Shown in pieces: positions 39,568 through 47,990 of a stretch of 64,000 nucleotides of DNA. The translations under genes were made by a program, and so were the position numbers. The DNA comes from Longimicrobiales bacterium. Its GTDB lineage: Bacteria > Gemmatimonadota > Gemmatimonadetes > Longimicrobiales > Gaopeijiaceae. Position 1 is the first letter of the stretch, and each line of letters opens with the position of its first letter. Below the pieces are notes generated by a model that was not told where the DNA came from, ran no database searches, and worked only from the letters and a program-made list of their open reading frames with translations. The DNA is taken from the NCBI GenBank assembly GCA_963664435.2, contig CAXXKM010000003.1, forward strand, positions 1,730,205 to 1,794,204, read 5' to 3'.

Positions 39568-42500
39568 TCAGGGCGAGATGAGGGCGGAATAGCCCGTCGG
39601 ATCTTTGACGGCATAGTCGTCGCCCGATATTTGCAACAGTCGTACGCGGTATTGGGCGCGGAAGGAGCGGTGGGGCACCCAGAACTCGAGAACGGGGCCC
39701 GGGGAGAGGGGCCCGGCGATGATGACCTGGGTCGGAGCGGTGGCGCGGGAGCGGTACAGTTCGTAATCCGCGGCGCGCAGCGAGTCGATCGTCGGGCCTT
39801 CGATGCCCGGGATGTCGATGGGCCCTTCGATGCTGAGATGGGCACCGATGTCGCGGGTGCCGGGGGGCAGGGTCAGTGCGACTTCGAGATAGCCGGGGTC
39901 GAGTTCCACCGAGTAGTCCTGCGCGGCGACAAAGCCGCCGACGTCGACCTCGATGCGGACCTGTCCCGGCCCGGCGGTGCGCACCCATCCGTCGGGGTCG
40001 ATGGTGGCGATGGCCGGGTCGCTGGTGGTCCAGGCGATGCGGGCCGGGGCGACGCGATGTCCGTTCGGGTCGTTGGCGACCGGGAGGGTCACCTGTACCG
40101 AGTCGCCGAAGAGGAGGCGGGGGCCACCCCAGTCGACCTCGACCACCGCGCCGCGCTGCGCGACGACGACGGAGGCGGCCGCGGTGGCGTTCCCGCTCGC
40201 GGCGGCGACCTGGGCGCGGCCGTTGCCGACCGAGACGGCCGTGCCGGTCGGGTCCACCGTTACGACCGACGGGTCGCTGGTCGACCAGGTGACGGGCGCG
40301 GCCGGCATGACCTGTCCGTTCTGGTCGTGGATGGTCGCCTGGAAGCCGACCCGTTCCCGCAGCGCGACCAGGTTCACGGCGGCGGGGACCACCACAGCGC
40401 TGGTCGCGACGGGCGGCTCCACCACGTCGTCCGCGCCACACCCCAGGGCGAGGGCGGCAGCGAGCAGGAGCGTAAGATGGTATTGGGTTCGATATTGCAA
40501 ACGTAAGCGTGCTGTCAATCGATATGGTTTCTGTAAGCGGTTTATTGATCGATATGGTTTTTGTAAGTGATTTGTCGATCGATACCGATTTCGTCTTGCG
40601 ATTGGAGGAACGAACCCGCACGCGTCATATCGCCGCCGGTGCCGCGGGCGAGGGCGGCGTGCGCGGACGGTCGAGGGGAGTGCGGGAGCCGGGTGAGGGA
40701 CGACGTCGGGCGACGGAGCAGGAACGGCGGGTGCCGGGGCGGTTGGAAGGAAGATGGCGGCGTGCGGAATGGCCGGAGGCAAGGCGAGCTCATCGCCGGA
40801 GGCTGCCTTCGCGGCCGAGGCGCCAGCCGCACCTCCGGCCGGGGCGCTACCCCCCACCCCACACCGCCCCTCCCCGCGGCCGCAGCGGGCGACCCAGGAG
40901 AGCGCGTCGCCCAGGTCGTAGGTGCGGTCACGGTTTCCGAGGCGGTCGAGGGCCAGGGCCTGCACCGCGTCCAGTTCGTGTTCGCCAAACACGGCCGATA
41001 TGGCCGCCTCGACCGGCAGGTCCTCCCCGACCAGCAGGCTGTCGACCACCACGACCGACCGGGGGGTCGCACCACCTTCCACCCGGATGTGAATCGTGTC
41101 CACGTAGGTGCCCGGGCCGAGGTCGCCGGGGGTGCGGCGCACCACCACCCCGCCCCCCGCCACCCCGCGCGCCACGACCAGTTCGAGCCACGACGACCCT
41201 CCATGCGCGGCCGTCCAGGTGGCCGCGCGCGACCCGTACCCCCCCACCTCCACGACCAGGGTGTCCACCAGGGGCTGGGTCACCCCCGCCAGGGTGGCCG
41301 CCGCCCCGCCCCGCCCGGCGACCGTCACGGTGGTCGCGGCCGCCACCCGCAGGGAGTCCACCAGCGTGGCGGGAAGCACGTACGGCCCGTCTCCCGCGAC
41401 CCGGATGGTGTCCAGGTACAGTCCGGCCGCGAGGCCGTCCACCCGACGGGTCCACCGGACCCGACCCGGGCCCGTTCCGGCCGAGTCGACCAGCTCCAGC
41501 CACGCGGAACCCCCGTGGGTCGCGCGCCACGCCACCTGCGCGGCCGCGGGCCCTGCGACCGCCACCTCGGCGGAGTCGGCCACCGTCCCGGTCGCGTCCA
41601 CCGGCACCTCCGTATACCGGCCCGCCGCGGAGAACGCCAGCGTGTTCACCGCCCGCACCACCAGCCGAACCGGCAGCACCGCCCCGCCCGCGGCCGCGCC
41701 CGCCCCGGCAACCACCACCGTCACCGTATCCACGTACTCCCCGGGCGCGAGGTCGCCGGGATCGATCCGCCACGCGACCGAGTCGAGGGCGCCGCCCTCC
41801 GCGCGCGTCAGGTCGAGCCATCCGGCGCGGGCGCCGGCAGCGGTCCACCGCGCCTCCGGCCACCCGGTGCCGTAGATGCGAACCGGCGCGCCCCCGTCCA
41901 CCGGGTCGCCGCCCCGGGCGACCACCACGCCCCGCTCCCCCCGCGTCTCCGCCACCAGCGGCGCGGCCGCCGGCAGCGCGAACGCGCCCCGGCCGTGGGT
42001 CGCGGCCACCATGACGCCCGCGGCCGGCTCCACCGCCAGGTCGAACACCGCGACCATCGGCAATCCCTCGCCCACGCGGGCCCAGCTCCCGCCGGCCTGA
42101 GAAGAAAACACGCCCAGGTCCGTCCCGATGTAGATCCGGGACAGGTCGGACGGGTCGAGCAGCACCGTGTTGACCGGATGATCGGGCAGGTCGCCGGTGA
42201 TGTCGCTCCACGACGTCCCGTAATCGCGGGTCGCGAACACGTGGCCCGTGCCGAAACCCGAGAACACCGCGAACGCGGTCGCGGGATCGTGCGGATGCAC
42301 CGCGATGTCGCTCACGTAGCGCATCGGCAGCGGCCCCGAGACCGTGCGCCACGACCCGCCGCCGTCCCGCGTCACCACGACATCCGACTCCGATGTCCCG
42401 AAATAGACCACGCGCGCGTCCGAGCGGCTGGGCGCGATCGCCGAGATCCGCCCCTCGGGGGCCTCCGCGACGGGCTCCCAGCGCCCGCCGCCGTCGACCG

Positions 42501-44130
42501 TCCGATACAGCCGCTCGGTGCCGAAGTAGAGCACGTCCGGGTCGAAGGGATCCATCACCAGCGGAGGAATGAAGAGGGCGTCGTCGCCGAGGTCGATGCC
42601 GTAGCCGCGGAACCGGAAGGACCCGCCGCCGTCGGAGCGCCTCGGCCCTCCGGTCCCGCCCCGCCACTGGGTCTCGGCCCACCTGCGGTCGAAGCGCGGG
42701 TCTAGCGCCGTGAACCCGCCGTCCCCGCCCATCACCTGCGGCCACGACAGATCGCCGTCCCCCTGGACGGTCCCGTTGTCCTGGGTGCCCGCCAGCACCG
42801 AGATCGCATCCGCGCGCGGATGAATCGAGACCCCGGCATAGAACTGGGTCAGGGAGAGGTTGGTGTTGAGGCTCTCCCAGGTGTCGCCCCGGTCCGGGCT
42901 CCGGTAGACGCCCCCGTCGTTGCCCGCCAGCAGCATGTCCGGCGCGCGCGCATCCACGGTCAGGACGTGCTGGTCGACGTGGATGTCCACGCGGCCGATG
43001 GTCGAGAAGGTCTCCCCGCCGTCCACGGAGCGATACAGCAGCACGGCCCCGAAGTACACCACGTCGGGGTCGGTGGGATGCACGGCCAGCGACTGGTTGT
43101 ACCAGCACTGCCCGCAGCGGACGCCCCCGGCGGACGCCCGAGTCCAGGAATCGCCTCCGTCGGAGCTCCGCGCCATCACCACGCCCCCGGACTCCCCGGC
43201 CGAGAGATAGAGGATGTCCGGACTGGAGCTTGACTGCGCCAGCTGCGCGCGCCAGGGCAGGACCCCGAGCCCCACATCCACCTCCCGCCAGGTCAGCCCG
43301 CCGTCGCCGGACCGGTGCAGGGTGGCGTGACCCGTCTTCTCCTCCCCTTCGGCGAGCGCCGCGAACAGCACTTCGCGGTCGCCGGCGTGCACGAGCACAT
43401 CGGTGACCACGCTGTCGAGCACCTTCGTCCAGCCGCCCCCCGAGTCGGTCGAGATGAAGAGCCCGCCCTCGGTCGCGGCGTAGACCGTGGTCGCGTCCAG
43501 CGTGCCGGCGGTCGCCGAGTCGACCACGATGCGCGAGATGGTTGTCCCGCCCATCGGCCCGGTGAAGACGCCCTCGCCCAGCCGGGTCCAGCTCTCGCCC
43601 CCGTCGGAGGAGCGCAGGACGCCGCAGCCGTAGTAGCTGTCGGCCGAAAAGTGCTGCTCCCCGGTGCCCGCGTAGACGATGTCCGGGTCGACCGGGTCGA
43701 GCGCCAGCGCGCCCATCGCGAGCGAGCACTGCTGGTCGGTGAGCGGCCGCCAGGAGGCCCCGGCGTCCTCCGTGCGCCACACCCCGCCCTGGGCCCCGCC
43801 CGCGAAGATCACGTCCATGTTCGCGGGATGGACGACTACCGCCGATACCCGCCCCGTGGAGGTGGTGTAGGACTCGATGATCTCGGGTCCGAGCGGCTCC
43901 CAGGCACCAAGGGTCCTCGCGCGCGCGGCGGCGGCGCCGGGCGGAAGGCGAAGAACCGCGCGCCGGAGGACGCTCTCACGGGCGACCTGGAGCCGCGCGC
44001 CCCATCCGGGCACGCCGGGGGAGCGGCGCTGCTCAAGAAAGAACTCCCAGCGTCCGCCGGGATCGTCCTGCTGGGCCGAGGCCGCCGACGCCCAGGCAAG
44101 GAGCGCGACGGCGGCCAGGATCCTCGACAG
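39568..44130 (-). CDS. Secreted BNR/Asp-box beta-propeller protein with Ig/BACON-like modules, read through into an Ig-like (Big_2) lipoprotein
   Basis: Repeated SxDGGxxW Asp-boxes; IHVDQH, GNDGGVY, GTQDNG and AATHGRG motifs; internal LLLAAALALGC lipobox; WSTSDPSVVTVD Big_2 motifs. Start uncertain. Confidence 0.75.
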   Translation of the reverse strand: MSRILAAVALLAWASAASAQQDDPGGRWEFFLEQRRSPGVPGWGARLQVARESVLRRAVLRLPPGAAAARARTLGAWEPLGPEIIESYTTSTGRVSAVVVHPANMDVIFAGGAQGGVWRTEDAGASWRPLTDQQCSLAMGALALDPVDPDIVYAGTGEQHFSADSYYGCGVLRSSDGGESWTRLGEGVFTGPMGGTTISRIVVDSATAGTLDATTVYAATEGGLFISTDSGGGWTKVLDSVVTDVLVHAGDREVLFAALAEGEEKTGHATLHRSGDGGLTWREVDVGLGVLPWRAQLAQSSSSPDILYLSAGESGGVVMARSSDGGDSWTRASAGGVRCGQCWYNQSLAVHPTDPDVVYFGAVLLYRSVDGGETFSTIGRVDIHVDQHVLTVDARAPDMLLAGNDGGVYRSPDRGDTWESLNTNLSLTQFYAGVSIHPRADAISVLAGTQDNGTVQGDGDLSWPQVMGGDGGFTALDPRFDRRWAETQWRGGTGGPRRSDGGGSFRFRGYGIDLGDDALFIPPLVMDPFDPDVLYFGTERLYRTVDGGGRWEPVAEAPEGRISAIAPSRSDARVVYFGTSESDVVVTRDGGGSWRTVSGPLPMRYVSDIAVHPHDPATAFAVFSGFGTGHVFATRDYGTSWSDITGDLPDHPVNTVLLDPSDLSRIYIGTDLGVFSSQAGGSWARVGEGLPMVAVFDLAVEPAAGVMVAATHGRGAFALPAAAPLVAETRGERGVVVARGGDPVDGGAPVRIYGTGWPEARWTAAGARAGWLDLTRAEGGALDSVAWRIDPGDLAPGEYVDTVTVVVAGAGAAAGGAVLPVRLVVRAVNTLAFSAAGRYTEVPVDATGTVADSAEVAVAGPAAAQVAWRATHGGSAWLELVDSAGTGPGRVRWTRRVDGLAAGLYLDTIRVAGDGPYVLPATLVDSLRVAAATTVTVAGRGGAAATLAGVTQPLVDTLVVEVGGYGSRAATWTAAHGGSSWLELVVARGVAGGGVVVRRTPGDLGPGTYVDTIHIRVEGGATPRSVVVVDSLLVGEDLPVEAAISAVFGEHELDAVQALALDRLGNRDRTYDLGDALSWVARCGRGEGRCGVGGSAPAGGAAGASAAKAASGDELALPPAIPHAAIFLPTAPAPAVPAPSPDVVPHPAPALPSTVRARRPRPRHRRRYDACGFVPPIARRNRYRSTNHLQKPYRSINRLQKPYRLTARLRLQYRTQYHLTLLLAAALALGCGADDVVEPPVATSAVVVPAAVNLVALRERVGFQATIHDQNGQVMPAAPVTWSTSDPSVVTVDPTGTAVSVGNGRAQVAAASGNATAAASVVVAQRGAVVEVDWGGPRLLFGDSVQVTLPVANDPNGHRVAPARIAWTTSDPAIATIDPDGWVRTAGPGQVRIEVDVGGFVAAQDYSVELDPGYLEVALTLPPGTRDIGAHLSIEGPIDIPGIEGPTIDSLRAADYELYRSRATAPTQVIIAGPLSPGPVLEFWVPHRSFRAQYRVRLLQISGDDYAVKDPTGYSALISP
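40472..40592. repeat. Four degenerate AT-rich ~30-bp tandem repeats
   Basis: gtaag...tcgata.. recurs with period 30 (first unit 31 nt) inside otherwise very GC-rich DNA. Confidence 0.8.
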
Positions 44131-44137
44131 GAGGGCC

Positions 44138-44410
44138 TCAGGGTGACGAGCACGTCAACCGCTCCGGCGGCCGTGCCCGGCATCGCTCGGCGATGATCAT
44201 GCCCATGGCGTTGCCCCCGCAGACGCTCTCCTGGGCGGCCGAGGCCGCGGCTTCGCGGGTGGGGCCGGCGCCCATGCGGCACACCTCCTCCCCGTCGAAG
44301 ACCAGGCAGACCTCGCAGCTGACGGTCGCCGGGGCCACCGACGAGTACATCACGTAGCCGAGGAAGATGAGGATCCCCGCCCCGATGCCCAACGGTATCA
44401 GACGCTTCAT
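44138..44410 (-). CDS. Small Cys-rich membrane-anchored hypothetical protein
   Basis: N-terminal TM helix; CEVC, VCR, VCG, RCR and LTC; GGAG RBS. Confidence 0.7.
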   Translation of the reverse strand: MKRLIPLGIGAGILIFLGYVMYSSVAPATVSCEVCLVFDGEEVCRMGAGPTREAAASAAQESVCGGNAMGMIIAERCRARPPERLTCSSP

Positions 44411-44428
44411 CCAGCCAACTCCTTCGCT

Positions 44429-45682
44429 TTACGGGACCGGCGTCGCCCGCCAGAAATCGATCCCGCCGGGCTGGTAGCGCAGTTCGGCGCTCGCCACCCG
44501 CTCGAGCGCCACGAGGTCGAAGACGTCGAGCGTGCCCGGCGTGGCGCCGACGGCCTCGTTGGAGACGAAGGCGTAGCGTCCGTCCGGGCTGGTGACCACG
44601 CCGTGGGTGATCGGCCGGGTGGTCGGAAGCCGGGCGAGCTCCTCGCCGGTTTCCAGCGAGATCACCGAGACGGCCTGTTCGCCCTTCAGGGTCGCCACCA
44701 GCAGCGAGCCGTTCGCGGTGACGTCAAGGTTGTAGGGCGCGGTTCCCGTCGGGAAGCGCCGGCGCACCGTCCAGTCCCCGGCATCGATCTCGAGGATCTC
44801 GTCGTTGCGGTTGCAGGCCACGTAGACCACGCGGTCTGCGAGCGCGCCCGCGCCCGGCTCGGCCCAGGTCGGCGAACACACGGCGTCCGACCCGCCCGCC
44901 ATGCCCGCCATGCCGCCGGCCTCCGCCTCCGCGCCGCTCATGACCATCACGTGCGCCCCCATCCCCTGGTCGCGCGCATCGAGCGGACCCTCGCGGCCCG
45001 GCGCCAGCGAGAAGCGCCGGCTCACCTCCAGGGTGGTCAGGTCGAACTCGACAAGCTGGTCGGAGTGCATGCACGCCGAGTACTGGCGCCCGCCGGAGGC
45101 GCTCACCCGGCTGCCGTGGGGCATGAGGCAGGTGGTGACGCGCGACAGCTGGGTCATGGTGGGGGTGTAGACCACCGACAGGTCCGAGGGGACCATGTCG
45201 CCGTGCAGGTTGAAGTTGGCCACCACCAGGAACTGGCCGTTGGGGGTGATCCCCATGGTGGCCGGGAAGAGCCCCAGCTCCGCCCGCGCGACGAGAGTGT
45301 CGACCCCCGTCGCGAACTTCCACACGTACCCGTACGGCGTGCCGTGGGCGATGGTGAGGTACCAGAACGCCCCGTCCGGCGAGACCGTGAGCCCATGCGC
45401 CCCGTCGTTGTCGGCGGGCATAATCCCGACCGGGATCTCCTTCTCCACCTCCGCGCCGGCGCCGGGCCTGAACACCACGCGGCTCACGATGTCGGACGAC
45501 TCGTTGGCCACGTAGAGGCGGTACTCGACGCCCTCGGAGGCGGCCTCCTGCGCGGCGGCCCGCGCACCCGCATGCACGAAGACTGCAGCCAGCGCCGCAC
45601 ACGCGAACACCGCCCGGCGGCCGCCGAAGCCACGCCCGGCCGACCGCCGCCCATGCCGCAGTGAGCGGCCGAGAATGTCCAT
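44429..45682 (-). CDS. YncE/YVTN-type beta-propeller protein
   Basis: LYVANESSD, AHGLTVSPDG, VYVACN and THGVVTSPDGRYAFVSNE repeats; signal peptide. Confidence 0.8.
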   Translation of the reverse strand: MDILGRSLRHGRRSAGRGFGGRRAVFACAALAAVFVHAGARAAAQEAASEGVEYRLYVANESSDIVSRVVFRPGAGAEVEKEIPVGIMPADNDGAHGLTVSPDGAFWYLTIAHGTPYGYVWKFATGVDTLVARAELGLFPATMGITPNGQFLVVANFNLHGDMVPSDLSVVYTPTMTQLSRVTTCLMPHGSRVSASGGRQYSACMHSDQLVEFDLTTLEVSRRFSLAPGREGPLDARDQGMGAHVMVMSGAEAEAGGMAGMAGGSDAVCSPTWAEPGAGALADRVVYVACNRNDEILEIDAGDWTVRRRFPTGTAPYNLDVTANGSLLVATLKGEQAVSVISLETGEELARLPTTRPITHGVVTSPDGRYAFVSNEAVGATPGTLDVFDLVALERVASAELRYQPGGIDFWRATPVP

Positions 45683-45686
45683 AAGC

Positions 45687-46019
45687 CTAACCTGGCTCGT
45701 CACCGAGACGACCGCGCATGTAGCCCTCCAGGTGAGCGATGTCCTCGCGAACGCGGGAGATCGCCTCAGCGTTGCGGGAGATCGCCTCAGCGTTTCGAGA
45801 GATCGCCTCAGCGTTGCGGGCGATCGCGTCAGCGTTGCGGCCGATCAGTTCAGCGTTGCGGTCGATCCGGTCTCCCAAACGAGTCTCCATCGCACTCATT
45901 TCGGATCGGATGAACCCGTAGAAGCCTCCAAGCGCCGCCAGCAGCATGATGAACTGTCCCCACTCCTTCATCCATCCCATCGGACCTGGCGGCTGCCCCG
46001 CAGTATCGGGATCGATCAT
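45687..46019 (-). CDS. Small membrane-anchored coiled-coil protein with RNAEAIS heptad repeats
   Basis: TM helix then 5x 21-bp repeats (45753-45857) and a HLEG tail; GGAGG RBS. Confidence 0.75.
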   Translation of the reverse strand: MIDPDTAGQPPGPMGWMKEWGQFIMLLAALGGFYGFIRSEMSAMETRLGDRIDRNAELIGRNADAIARNAEAISRNAEAISRNAEAISRVREDIAHLEGYMRGRLGDEPG

Positions 46020-46302
46020 GTGCAATGCCTCCGGTGCGTTCCCCCAAAATCTGGCGCGCAACGCCCGAAACCGCCACAACAAGGGGCTGGCAACGCAACT
46101 CGCGAGGGCATGGCGCCATGCACCCGTGAATCTCGCCGTTTCCAACGGGCGAGGCCATGGCGGAATGGGGCGAGGGGAACCCTCCCCCTTAGGCGGGGGA
46201 AACCGTTAACCCACCTGGATCCGTGGTTTTCCTCGACGGACGGGGGGACGACCCGCTCCGGCGGGCAACCTGCATACGAAGGCGAAAAGAGCGAGGTAGA
46301 CG

Positions 46303-46650
46303 ATGAAGGAAAGTTTTGCGATTCAGGAAGTTGGTGTCGCGCTGGCCAAGCTTGAGGGTCGTGTTGTCACCGGGTTCGATCAACTGAACGGACGGATCTC
46401 CGCATTGGAGTCGAAGCTCGCCACGCGGATCGAAGACGTGGAGGCACAGGCGGACAAACGGAGCGTGGGGTTCGAGAGCAAGGTCGACATGGTGTCGGCC
46501 AAGTTCAAGCAGGTTCGATACTCGCTGGACGGGCTGGAGGAGCGACTCGGCCAAAGGGTCGAGGGATTGGACACCAGAGTCCGGAAACAGCTCGGCGTTC
46601 TGCAAGCTGCGATCGACGCGATCGGCGCGCACTTCGCCAGTTCGACGTAG
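46303..46650 (+). CDS. 115-aa coiled-coil hypothetical protein (left copy)
   Basis: Heptad pattern; same-length paralog at 60638-60985. Confidence 0.75.
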   Translation: MKESFAIQEVGVALAKLEGRVVTGFDQLNGRISALESKLATRIEDVEAQADKRSVGFESKVDMVSAKFKQVRYSLDGLEERLGQRVEGLDTRVRKQLGVLQAAIDAIGAHFASST

Positions 46651-46655
46651 CCGGG

Positions 46656-46678
46656 GCTTCCTCCGGTCGAGAGGAAGC
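46656..46678 (+). terminator. Hairpin after the 115-aa gene
   Basis: gcttcctc-cggtcga-gaggaagc. Confidence 0.5.
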
Positions 46679-46741
46679 TGGCGGCGTGTCCGGCCCCGAA
46701 TGGTGCAAATCCCAAGACGTGATAACGGACAGGATACCAGG

Positions 46742-47893
46742 ATGGAGCGACCGAGGACGCTCAGCGCGAGTTTCGTCAAGACAGTCCGGCGGCCCGGCCG
46801 ATACGGAGACGGACGGGGAGGCTACGGGCTGTCGCTGCTGGTCAAGCCCACATCGACGGGACGGATCAGCAGGACGTGGGCGCAGCGCCTCTACATCAAC
46901 GGCAAGGCCGTGAACCTGGGTCTGGGCGCGTATCCGGTGGTGACGTTGAAGGAGGCGAGGGCCAAGGCGCTTGAGAATCGGCGAATGCTGGCGCGGGGGA
47001 TGGACCCCAGGAGCGGCGGCATGCCGACCTTCGCGCGAGCGGCCGAGAAGGTGATTGCGATCCACAGGGCGAACTGGAAGCCGGGTGGTGACACCGAGCA
47101 GCAGTGGAGGGCCAGCCTGCGCGATTATGTCCACCCGAAGATCGGGCACAAGACGGTGAACAAGATCACGACGACGGACGTGATGGCCGTCCTGCTGCCG
47201 ATCTGGAACGAGAAGCGGGTGACGGCGACGCGGGTGCGCAACAGGATTTCGGCGGTGATGAGGTGGGCCGTCGCGAAGGAGTACCGGGAGGGGAATCCGG
47301 CCGGCGACACCATCGCGGCCGCACTTCCCAAGAACGGGGTCCCCAAGGTCCACCATCGCGCATTGCCTCACGCCCAGGTCGCGCAGGCGCTGGCCAGAGT
47401 GCGTGCAAGCACGTCACAACCCACTACGAAACTGGCATTCGAGTTTCTCGTGCTCACCGCGTCCAGATCGGGCGAGGCCCGCAGTGCGAAATGGACCGAC
47501 ATCGACTTCAGGGCCGCCACATGGACCGTGCCGGGCATACGCATGAAGATGGGACGCGAGCATCGGGTGCCGTTGTCTTCACGTGCCCTCGAGGTGCTCG
47601 CCCAGGCGCGCCGGCGATGTAACGGATCCGACCTGGTATTCCCCTCTCCGGCAGGCCGCAAGCTGACCGGCAACACACTCTCTCAGCTCTGCCAACGGCT
47701 TGAGATCGCAGCGGTTCCGCACGGCTTCCGCTCCTCGTTCCGCGACTGGTGCGCCGAGCGCGGCGTACCCCGCGAGGTCGCCGAATCCGCGCTCGCGCAT
47801 GCGGTCAAGGGCGTCGAGGGAGCATACCTGCGAACCGACCTCTTCGAGCGGCGGCGAGAGGTCATGGAAGCGTGGGGTGACTACGTGCGGTGA
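46742..47893 (+). CDS. P4-like tyrosine integrase with arm-binding domain
   Basis: PGRYGDGRGGYGLSL and LGLGAYPVVTLKEAR (arm domain); TASRSGE (R), MKMGREHRVPLS, PHGFRSSFRDW (HxxR), LAH and AY catalytic residues all present. Confidence 0.92.
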   Translation: MERPRTLSASFVKTVRRPGRYGDGRGGYGLSLLVKPTSTGRISRTWAQRLYINGKAVNLGLGAYPVVTLKEARAKALENRRMLARGMDPRSGGMPTFARAAEKVIAIHRANWKPGGDTEQQWRASLRDYVHPKIGHKTVNKITTTDVMAVLLPIWNEKRVTATRVRNRISAVMRWAVAKEYREGNPAGDTIAAALPKNGVPKVHHRALPHAQVAQALARVRASTSQPTTKLAFEFLVLTASRSGEARSAKWTDIDFRAATWTVPGIRMKMGREHRVPLSSRALEVLAQARRRCNGSDLVFPSPAGRKLTGNTLSQLCQRLEIAAVPHGFRSSFRDWCAERGVPREVAESALAHAVKGVEGAYLRTDLFERRREVMEAWGDYVR

Positions 47894-47894
47894 C

Positions 47895-47990
47895 CGTGAG
47901 TCATATTCCAGGCGCATAACCATAGTGATAACAACACCGGCTATGCACTCATAACATACTGTTATATTGTGACTTATAAGTAGTTTGTGC
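47895..47990. mobile_element. Putative att/recombination site downstream of the integrase
   Basis: AT-rich tract with 12-bp-spaced ataac repeats (gcataac catagtgataac), also echoed upstream of int (gtgataac at ~46719); ends where surface-protein coding sequence begins. Confidence 0.5.

Noticed and set aside
40472..40592. Possible CRISPR mini-array
   Set aside because: Units are contiguous and degenerate, with no unique spacers, and no cas genes are present.
45753..45857. 21-bp repeats as a non-coding array
   Set aside because: Fully explained as RNAEAIS heptad coding repeats.
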